DNA of 32,000 nucleotides from Acaryochloris marina S15 (GTDB lineage Bacteria; Cyanobacteriota; Cyanobacteriia; Thermosynechococcales; Thermosynechococcaceae): NCBI RefSeq assembly GCF_018336915.1, contig NZ_CP064923.1, positions 3,630,001 to 3,662,000 of the forward strand, read 5' to 3'. Shown piece by piece: positions 25,409 to 32,000 of this stretch (position 1 is its first letter; each line of letters starts with the position of its first letter). The notes under the pieces were generated by a model. It saw only the letters and a program-made list of their open reading frames with translations, ran no database searches and was not told where the DNA came from. The position numbers and the translations under genes were made by a program.

Positions 25409-25801
25409 CTAGCTATCCGTTTCAACTTTAGTTAAGTGGATATGCTTGCGCCCCAAGGTCACCTCGAACATATCACCAGGTGTCAATTCCATTTGTTTGG
25501 TGTAAGCCGCGCCAACTAGCAAATTGCCATTGGTTTGAACAGACACCATATAGCTGGGTTGACGTCCTGACGTACCAGTTCCGTTACTGGTCGGCTGAGC
25601 ATCGAGGTCTACTCCTTCAGCATCCAGGACAGCATTCATAAAAGCCATCACATTCAGGCGCTCTGACCCATCTGGGTCGAAGGAGTAGTAGCCACAAGCT
25701 TTGGCTTTGTCCTCTCGGCTTAAATCACCCAGCGCTTTGATTTTGGTTAATAGTTTCTCTCCGGTCAATGGCTTAACCGTTTTTTTCTTTAGTTTAGGCA
25801 T
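25409..25801 (-). CDS. cyanobacterial AbrB-family (cyAbrB/CalA-like) transcriptional regulator
   Basis: 130 aa. The N-terminus is a Lys-rich region (LTGEKLLTKIKALGDLSREDKAKACGYY). The C-terminus is a SpoVT/AbrB-like swapped hairpin (GNLLVGAAYTKQMELTPGDMFEVTLGRKHIHL). A C-terminal AbrB domain is typical of cyAbrB proteins. Confidence 0.85.
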   Translation of the reverse strand: MPKLKKKTVKPLTGEKLLTKIKALGDLSREDKAKACGYYSFDPDGSERLNVMAFMNAVLDAEGVDLDAQPTSNGTGTSGRQPSYMVSVQTNGNLLVGAAYTKQMELTPGDMFEVTLGRKHIHLTKVETDS

Positions 25802-26456
25802 AGGTCTCTAATGCAGTAATAAACACAACAGAAAGGAATCAGGGTATCGCTTATTTTTGGGTAAGCTTTTTTTACTATAGCAAAAGAAAAAATGAATAGG
25901 TCAACAATAGCAATTGATTCATTTTTTTACCCTGATGATAAGATTTAGTCTTGGATAAGGTATCCAAGATTACCTAGAGAAAGATATCCAGTAAAGTATA
26001 TATCAAGTTGCCAAGAATTGAGGGTTAGGATGAAGGCAGGAATTATAGATAGTCAGATCACGCCTTTCACTAGGGAACTGATTTTTGTTTAGGCCAACCC
26101 TAATTGTGTTCATAGTCAAAATCTGACTCAGCCATAGAAATGACTCAATAGAACTAGGAATACCTAATATCTAGATGCACTAGAATCAAGTCTGGGTGAG
26201 GGTTGACTCAACTAGCATCATCCATAAAGGCGTTAGTTATAGACTAAAAAAAAGCAAGGTATTTCAATACCCAAAATGTACAAGTTCTTAGTCTAGTAGA
26301 AGTTTTCTGATATTTAATGCTTTTGTTCTAAGTCTCTTAAGATTGACTGCAACAACCCCTCATTCAAGTACTTGAGATTAAGGAAATATAAATGTCTGCT
26401 GACCCATAAGTATTGACCAGATAGTTCAGTACAGGATAAACAGACAAGTCGCCAAT

Positions 26457-26858
26457 CTAGTGCCGATATTGCTGGCCTTTACTAAAGACCCCTAACAAAA
26501 GGCCGACAATCGTAATTTGATGTAAAGGACCTAAAAAGAGTCCCGGAATAGGAAGTGATGCTCTTAAGACTAGAGCTATCAATAAACAAAGGACCAAGCC
26601 CCATAGGGTTGATACCTGGATCCGTCGTCTAGAGCCTATGACTCGTTCCAAAATGATGACGCCAAGGATGCCGATACCCATATCTATGGCAGCCGAAGAG
26701 AGCAATCTCCAGGGAGGACCCAATATTGACCCAATCTGCACTTGTGACGATGCCGGTAAGATCAGGGTCAGCCCATAGTCAATCCCAGAAGCCAAGACAA
26801 GGGTAATCACAGAGGCATTGAGCAGTTGTTGCCACGGTAATGACTTGAATTGGTACAT
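26457..26858 (-). CDS. small integral membrane protein (about 4 TM helices), unknown function
   Basis: 133 aa with four hydrophobic stretches, divergent from the RluA-family gene. Confidence 0.6.
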   Translation of the reverse strand: MYQFKSLPWQQLLNASVITLVLASGIDYGLTLILPASSQVQIGSILGPPWRLLSSAAIDMGIGILGVIILERVIGSRRRIQVSTLWGLVLCLLIALVLRASLPIPGLFLGPLHQITIVGLLLGVFSKGQQYRH

Positions 26859-26945
26859 GCTTTCATCCGAAAAGAATTGCGTTTCAATTCTACCGATGCT
26901 TGGGTCTCAACGGGATGGGGCGACACTTTGCGTTAGCGTTGAGAG

Positions 26946-27875
26946 ATGAATCAAGGATGGACCTATCACAATCAAGTTGATCGAGCTGGGGCAGGACTGA
27001 CGCTCTTAGGATTTTATGCCCAACGATACCGGCATTCGAGTCGATCAGAATGGCAAGTTCGCATTGAAACGGGACAGGTGCACTTAGACGGCCAGCGAGC
27101 TTCCCCAGGTACGGTATTAAAGCAAGGGCAGAGTTTGGCCTACCACCGCCCCCCATGGCAGGAGCCAACGGTACCCTTGACCTTTGACGTTTTATACGAA
27201 GATGCGGAAGTATTGGCCATCCATAAACCTTCAGGACTACCGGTGCTTCCAGGGGGTGGTTTTTTGGAACATACCTTGATTCATCAGGTGCAACAATACT
27301 TTCCTCAGGGGACTCCTTTTCCCATTCATCGCTTGGGGCGCGGGACATCGGGGGTGGTATTGATGGCGCGATCGCAACCAGCTCGCGCTGCTTTGAGTCA
27401 GCAAATGAGGGATCGGCAAATTCAAAAGGTGTATCGAGCGTTGATCGGTCCCGAACAAACTGCTCGCCCACTGGCCGAACAGTTTGAAATTACCCAGACT
27501 ATTGGCAAGGTGCCTTATCCAGGCTTGGGATATATCTACGCCGCCACCCCCAAAGGACGCCCTGCTCATAGCGCTTGTACAGTTCTTCAACGACGCTCAG
27601 AGTCCACTCTACTGGCAGTGACAATCACCACTGGACGTCCCCACCAGATTCGAATTCATTTAGCAACCATGGGCTATCCTTTGCTCGGCGACCCACTGTA
27701 TGGGGTAGGAGGACAACCCCCATCTGCAAGCCCTGAGGATCTGTCACGACCTGTCCCTGGAGATTGCGGTTATTGTCTCCATGCTTTTTCTTTGCAATTT
27801 AGCCACCCAAGGACCCAGGATCTAATGCAGGTTATGAGTGATCCACCAGCCCCCCTGCGTCTCACTTCGGAGTGA
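26946..27875 (+). CDS. RluA-family pseudouridine synthase homologue (atypical HRLGRGTSG motif)
   Basis: 309 aa. RluA-family landmarks are VLAIHKPSGLPV, HRLGRGTSGVVLMARS, KVYRALI, TGRPHQIRIHLA and PLLGDPLYG. The residue that is Asp in the canonical HRLD motif is Gly (GGG, 27336-27338). Confidence 0.8.
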   Translation: MNQGWTYHNQVDRAGAGLTLLGFYAQRYRHSSRSEWQVRIETGQVHLDGQRASPGTVLKQGQSLAYHRPPWQEPTVPLTFDVLYEDAEVLAIHKPSGLPVLPGGGFLEHTLIHQVQQYFPQGTPFPIHRLGRGTSGVVLMARSQPARAALSQQMRDRQIQKVYRALIGPEQTARPLAEQFEITQTIGKVPYPGLGYIYAATPKGRPAHSACTVLQRRSESTLLAVTITTGRPHQIRIHLATMGYPLLGDPLYGVGGQPPSASPEDLSRPVPGDCGYCLHAFSLQFSHPRTQDLMQVMSDPPAPLRLTSE

Positions 27876-27940
27876 AATAGACCGTTGGATTTAGCATGTC
27901 TCCAATAATCGAGCCATGGGCTTCTGTATCTCACTTTCCG

Positions 27941-27989
27941 GCCATCCTATGCGCGAAGCTATAAAGAAGTTCTTCGCGCATAGGATGGC
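27941..27989. repeat. 18-bp perfect inverted repeat GCCATCCTATGCGCGAAG-N13-CTTCGCGCATAGGATGGC
   Basis: Read directly: 27941-27958 pairs with 27972-27989. It lies 65 nt after the RluA-family stop, and no U-run follows. Confidence 0.7.
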
Positions 27990-28078
27990 TAGAATCACAC
28001 ATCTGACATGAGTCGGATCACACGAAAAGCTTTCGAGTCCTCTTATATTCGTGTCTAGAGAAACAGGTGAGGAAAGAC

Positions 28079-28459
28079 ATGAATCACAGCATTAGAGTTT
28101 TCAGCATTGCAACTGTGGCAGGATTAGTCAGTTTAGCCAGTTTGAATTTTGCCCCTTCATCCCATGCCAGCCATTATCTAGAAGTTCAAAATGCTCATTG
28201 GCTGGCCAAAGCAGAGCAAAAAAATCTCAATTATGATGGGGTTCTATATTGCGATGATGCTAAGGCGAAGATCAATATTCGTCGAGGTCCTGGAACAGAC
28301 TATCAAGTTGGATATAGTAGCTTTAGAGGGCTTGAAGTCGATGTTATTGCTTCCTATAAAAGCAATGGTTATAAATGGTACAAAATTCGCTACGTTAACC
28401 AGATTTTGCATCAAGCAGAGAATGGATGGGTGAGAGAAGACCTGATCAAAATACTTTAA
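28079..28459 (+). CDS. secreted bacterial SH3 (SH3b)-domain protein
   Basis: I prefer ATG 28079, which follows GAGGA. The signal peptide is MNHSIRVFSIATVAGLVSLASLNFAPSSHA. The SH3_3-like core is INIRRGPGTDYQV..G..V.V..SYKSNGYKWYKIRY...GWVREDLI. Confidence 0.7.
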   Translation: MNHSIRVFSIATVAGLVSLASLNFAPSSHASHYLEVQNAHWLAKAEQKNLNYDGVLYCDDAKAKINIRRGPGTDYQVGYSSFRGLEVDVIASYKSNGYKWYKIRYVNQILHQAENGWVREDLIKIL

Positions 28460-28558
28460 CCTGCAGGTCAATCTGCAGCGAGTGCTATTTAAGCGCTAGA
28501 ACTCAGCCCTGTCCCGGAACAGTTTAAATTCAACCGCTTGCCCTAGGACGATCTTTTT

Positions 28559-29269
28559 ATGACTCTTTTGGAGCAATCTCTACCCTCATTTATTCGCAAT
28601 ACCCAAGCAGAGTTGCATCAACAGGGCTATATTATCTTGCCCCACATCTTTTCTGACCAAACCTGCCATCAGATATCTGAGAATCTTGCAGAGGTTACCC
28701 AATCAAAACCTGGAACCCGACGATTATTAGCTTTCGAGTGGTGCCAAGAACTGGCAAGAAGCCTTAAATCCCATCCACTAATCTCTCCGTTATTAGGACC
28801 AAATCCCGTTATCAATCAATGCACCTATTTTGAAAAATCTCCTAATCAAAATTGGTTAGTGGCACTGCATCAAGATGTCAGTATTGCAGTTCAACCAAAT
28901 GCTGTTACCACTCAGTTGGGAATATCTCAAAAGGAAGGCCTATCTTTCGTGCAACCACCCGTTGAGGTTTTGAAACGGTTGCTTGCTCTCCGTGTTCATT
29001 TAGATGACTGCACAAAGGATAATGGTCCTCTAAAAGTGGTGCCCGGCTCTCATCAACAGGGGCGGCTTACTGATCCGATGATTGCAAAACTGCGGGATCA
29101 CTCCGGTGATATGTCTTGCTTAGTAACCACAGGAGGAGTGTTAGCCATGCGTCCTTTGCTCCTACATGCTTCCAGCAAGATGGCCCTTCCCCAACATCGA
29201 CGAGTTTTACATTTTCTCTGTGGCCCTCGCCAACTCCCGAATGGATTGGTTTGGCATGAAGCTATTTAG
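28559..29269 (+). CDS. phytanoyl-CoA dioxygenase (PhyH) family Fe(II)/2-oxoglutarate-dependent oxygenase
   Basis: 236 aa. It has the H-x-D facial-triad context (ALHQDVS), NGPLKVVPGSHQ, and a distal His (LLHASS). Confidence 0.75.
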   Translation: MTLLEQSLPSFIRNTQAELHQQGYIILPHIFSDQTCHQISENLAEVTQSKPGTRRLLAFEWCQELARSLKSHPLISPLLGPNPVINQCTYFEKSPNQNWLVALHQDVSIAVQPNAVTTQLGISQKEGLSFVQPPVEVLKRLLALRVHLDDCTKDNGPLKVVPGSHQQGRLTDPMIAKLRDHSGDMSCLVTTGGVLAMRPLLLHASSKMALPQHRRVLHFLCGPRQLPNGLVWHEAI

Positions 29270-29452
29270 ATCAATGCAGGGCCATATAGGCTAAGAAAAA
29301 TGGGGAAATGCCATAGACGAGGATATATTCTATCCATCAACAACGATTGCTCCTTGAATGTTCAAGGGGAGGTTAACCTCCCAGCTCTGCTGTGCAAATG
29401 AACCTCAGAACCCTTTATAATCCGATGGCTTTGTGTCACCCTATATATTCCC

Positions 29453-30652
29453 ATGAGTACTCCCCTGAGCTGGCCTGAATTAGCTGACCGTACCGACTTC
29501 CATTTGGATCCTGCAAACGGTCCCACCAATTCTCAATCTTGCCTGCGTTTATTTGGACAATCCGAAGACGATGTCCGGGTGACGTTATTCCGTGATAATC
29601 ATGCCTGGTGCCCCTACTGCCAGAAAATTTGGCTATGGCTAGAAGAGAAGCAGATTCCCTATCGAATCGAGAAAGTGACGATGTTTTGTTATGGGGAGAA
29701 AGAGCGGTGGTATAAGCAGATTGTCCCCTCTGGGATGTTGCCTGCACTGGAGCTCAATGGTCGGGTCATCACCGAAAGTGATGATATTCTAATTGCCCTA
29801 GAAAAAGAGTTTGGTCCCATGGGGAAGGGCATGAAAGATCCGGCGGTTATGCCTTTGCGCCAACTAGAGCGATTGCTATTTCGGGCTTGGTGTACTTGGT
29901 TGTGCTATCCTTCTCGTCCTCAACAAGATCAGCGTAATCGCGAACAGTTTGTCAGTGTGGTGAAAAAGGTCGAAGCTGCCCTTAGCCAGACTCCAGGCCC
30001 TTATTTTTTGGAAGAGTTTGGTACAGCAGACGCTATTTTCACCCCCTATGTCGAGCGGATGAATGCCAGCCTCTACTACTACAAGGGCTACTCACTAAGA
30101 GAGGAGAATCCTCGGTTCTCGGATTGGTTTGATGCCATGGAAAGTCGGCCCACCTACCGAGGTACTCAAAGCGATTTCCATACCCATGCCCATGACTTAC
30201 CGCCGCAAATGGGTGGATGCTATAAAAACGATGATCCGCAAACTGCCATCAATAGGAATCGGGTAGACAATGGCCCCTGGACAGAGTTACCAGATGTCAC
30301 CTATCCTGAACCCGAAACTTCTCGGGCGGAAGCGTTGCATCGAATGGTCAAGCATCACGAGAATATTATTAAGGTCAATCCTGCCAATGACGAGTTATTT
30401 GATGAAGCCCTGCGCTGTGCTCTGACCCATCTGATTACGGGTGAGGTGTGTTCGCCTCCGCCTGGTTCGGATCTTGGCCTGCGGTACTTGCGCGATCGCA
30501 TCAGTGTTCCGCGGGATATGTCCATCTATGCAGCCAAACGTCTCAAGGCATCTCTAGAGACGACAGCCGCTCTCGTTGGCAACCGTCAAGGGACACCCAT
30601 CCCTGTGCGCCACCGTCGTGACCAAGATCCTATGAACTTCGCGAAGGCATAA
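29453..30652 (+). CDS. glutathione S-transferase-like protein with glutaredoxin-type CPYC motif and long C-terminal extension
   Basis: 399 aa. The N-terminal thioredoxin-fold has [41 protein letters not shown], followed by a helical GST-C-like region. Confidence 0.75.
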   Translation: MSTPLSWPELADRTDFHLDPANGPTNSQSCLRLFGQSEDDVRVTLFRDNHAWCPYCQKIWLWLEEKQIPYRIEKVTMFCYGEKERWYKQIVPSGMLPALELNGRVITESDDILIALEKEFGPMGKGMKDPAVMPLRQLERLLFRAWCTWLCYPSRPQQDQRNREQFVSVVKKVEAALSQTPGPYFLEEFGTADAIFTPYVERMNASLYYYKGYSLREENPRFSDWFDAMESRPTYRGTQSDFHTHAHDLPPQMGGCYKNDDPQTAINRNRVDNGPWTELPDVTYPEPETSRAEALHRMVKHHENIIKVNPANDELFDEALRCALTHLITGEVCSPPPGSDLGLRYLRDRISVPRDMSIYAAKRLKASLETTAALVGNRQGTPIPVRHRRDQDPMNFAKA

Positions 30653-30855
30653 GTCATACCAATAAGCATCAAAAAGTGTAATTTTGATTTGCTATGAAAC
30701 TTTGCCAACAAAGGGTTTTACGAATTTTATGATTACGCTTTTAGGCTCAAATTGGTGTCATAAGCTGGGCAGGATGCCGTGGTTAGTATGATCGGTGTCC
30801 TTGTGACCATTCTTTAGGGCCATTAGAAAAAAGATAGTGACTGGGCTAGAGGACG

Positions 30856-31461
30856 ATGAATAAAGCTTTGACGGGATTGCTAGTTGCGATCGCATCTTGC
30901 AGTACTCTCTCATCGGCTCAGGCTCTCCCCGGCATGACCAAAGTCGAAGCAATAAGTTGGTCTTGAGGAAACTACGCAGACCAATCTAATACTGAGCTAG
31001 CCAAAGTCCCTCCTTTGCAGACCACCCAAAAGTACAAACCGAATCAATCAGATCTGGATACCTCTTTTGAAGGGATGGGAGGGAAAGTTCATCTCACCGT
31101 CTTTATGGATCAAGCGGAGAAGGTAAAAACAGAAAATATTGATTACCGCCCAGCCTGCTATTGGACTGGACTATCAGATTGCTCTGGCCTCATTACATTT
31201 GAGAAAACCAACCAGGACAAAGGGACTGAGCCGATTCAAGCTATCTGAGGACAGGCAGTACTAGCTGACTTTCAGGCTGCATCTGTAACAAAAACCCATA
31301 CCGATGGCAATACCTATCGTTGGTATCAAGGCCAGCTCCATAACTATGAGATGTTTTAAGTGAAAGTCAATACCACCAAGCAGTTCAGCCTAGTATCTAA
31401 GGATGTTACACAACGCGATCTCATGCAGCAATTCATGGAGTGGCAAAGGTTATCCCAGTAA
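30856..31461 (+). pseudogene. possible decayed gene for a small secreted protein: one frame with three internal stops
   Basis: ATG 30856 opens MNKALTGLLVAIASCSTLSSAQA (signal-peptide-like). The same frame runs to TAA 31459 but contains TGA 30964, TGA 31246 and TAA 31357. The tracked 77-aa ORF (31015..31248) is the second segment of this frame. Confidence 0.35.
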
Positions 31462-31484
31462 ATACCCACCCAGCTTAGTCGCTC

Positions 31485-31522
31485 AAAAAGCTCCCCCTAA
31501 AGCACAGCTTCTTTAGGGGGAG
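31485..31522 (-). terminator. intrinsic terminator (CTCCCCCTAAAG / CTTTAGGGGGAG stem, then CTTTTT on the minus strand) downstream of the methyltransferase gene
   Basis: 12-bp perfect stem (31491-31502 / 31511-31522) with an 8-nt loop. On the minus strand it is followed by cTTTTTgag. It lies about 115 nt after the stop at 31636. Confidence 0.55.
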
Positions 31523-31635
31523 GATAGCCTTCTGTACTAAGTCATAGATAAGAGAGTTCACAAAGAACTCCACCACCAACCTAGCAATCAAATATGGGGA
31601 AATGTTGAAGGCAAGCTATTCCAATTAGAGTGCAA

Positions 31636-32000
31636 CTACTCTTGCCGACAGGCAGCAATAAAATACAGATGAGGCTGATCAGGAAGACTAGGGTCTGGAA
31701 ATTGGAATGTGAAGCGGCCAAACGAAGCACCTTCATCACCTGGTTGAATCGCTGAGGCCTGCCAACCATACTGTTCAAAGAAAGACTCCGGATCATCGCA
31801 ACAGGACAGCCAATACTTAGCCCAGTCATCTTGGCCATTCATTATTACAGAATTGATAACATCAGCCCCAAACCAACTTCCTTTAACAGACAAAGTTGTG
31901 ATTGTTGTCAGCAAATTATGAACTTCTTCTTCATTCAGATAATATAGAACCCCTTCCAGGAGCCAAATTGACGGCTTTGACGGTTGATAGCCTTGTTTAA
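31636..32000 (-). CDS. class I SAM-dependent methyltransferase, LCMT/TIGR00027-like, 5'-truncated by the window edge
   Basis: The tracked ORF (31636..31914) continues in frame without a stop to the window end: KQGYQPSKPSIWLLEGVLYYLNEEEVHNLLTTITTLSVKGSWFGADV... This has the characteristic P(S/T)-W-x-x-EG(L/V)LxYL..e.v..ll..i..ls..GS pattern of that family. Confidence 0.7.
   Translation of the reverse strand, partial: KQGYQPSKPSIWLLEGVLYYLNEEEVHNLLTTITTLSVKGSWFGADVINSVIMNGQDDWAKYWLSCCDDPESFFEQYGWQASAIQPGDEGASFGRFTFQFPDPSLPDQPHLYFIAACRQE

Noticed and set aside
26890-27590. 193-aa and 117-aa minus-strand ORFs overlapping the RluA-family gene
   Set aside because: The plus-strand frame carries the full set of RluA-family motifs. 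The antisense products are Pro/Arg/Ser-rich with no motifs.
28020-28045. tRNA-like T-arm string (ctttcgagtcc)
   Set aside because: The flanking sequence provides no acceptor stem, anticodon arm or D-arm. I found no credible tRNA anywhere in the window.
28191-28471. Alternative-frame ORFs 28191..28433 (+) and 28244..28471 (-) within the SH3b gene
   Set aside because: The frame starting at 28079 has a signal peptide and an SH3b core. The others are by-products of AT-rich sequence.
29436-29747. 103-aa minus-strand ORF overlapping the start of the GST-like gene
   Set aside because: It overlaps a gene with a clear thioredoxin-fold CPYC motif and has no support of its own.
30964-31248. Selenocysteine or programmed read-through at the two in-frame TGA codons
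   Set aside because: I could find no SECIS-like hairpin immediately downstream of either TGA. The third interruption is TAA, which recoding would not explain. Decay is the simpler reading.
31581-31838. 85-aa minus-strand ORF overlapping the methyltransferase gene in another frame
   Set aside because: The 31636..32000 frame has the methyltransferase family pattern and continues open to the window edge. The other frame is hydrophobic nonsense.
1-32000. CRISPR array or other regularly spaced repeat cluster
   Set aside because: The only repeats found were the scattered HIP1 octamers, the IS termini and a few two-copy direct repeats. No repeat-spacer periodicity is present.

Overview
This looks like chromosomal DNA of a cyanobacterium. 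Evidence: pcyA, a cyAbrB-type regulator, an RRM-type Rbp, DUF1830/DUF2811/DUF3134-like small proteins, and at least 11 copies of the HIP1 octamer GCGATCGC counted by eye. Most of the window is ordinary core content: purT, a long four-ACT aspartokinase, a modA-modBC molybdate uptake operon, Nudix + DUF423, rbp, a large DAHL/PAS hybrid histidine kinase, pcyA, a cell-wall amidase, an RluA-family protein, an SH3b protein, a PhyH-type dioxygenase, a GST-like protein and a partial methyltransferase. The clearly accessory part is a roughly 5.4-kb, visibly AT-richer segment (about 8.6-14.0 kb) between DUF423 and rbp, carrying two same-strand TIR-domain genes in tandem. The first (TIR + helical region + C-terminal hydrophobic helix) is split after codon 20 by a 1.43-kb IS with 18-bp perfect terminal inverted repeats and a 9-10-bp target duplication. 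Removing the IS in silico restores a 336-codon ORF. The second gene is intact and fuses TIR to a Glu/Gln/Arg-rich coiled coil and a C-terminal FGE-sulfatase (SUMF1/EgtB-like) domain. No known TIR-system partner is adjacent, so this pair is my best candidate for an uncharacterised NAD-targeting conflict locus. Secondary curiosities: an AT-rich orphan with an Rx4H (HEPN-like) motif beside a stand-alone NurA-like nuclease; an RluA-family protein with Gly where the catalytic Asp is expected; an unknown ORF sharing one nucleotide (TGATG) with the histidine kinase start; a secreted-protein frame with three in-frame stops; several strong intergenic hairpins; and two long AT-rich non-coding gaps. No rRNA, tRNA or CRISPR array was seen.
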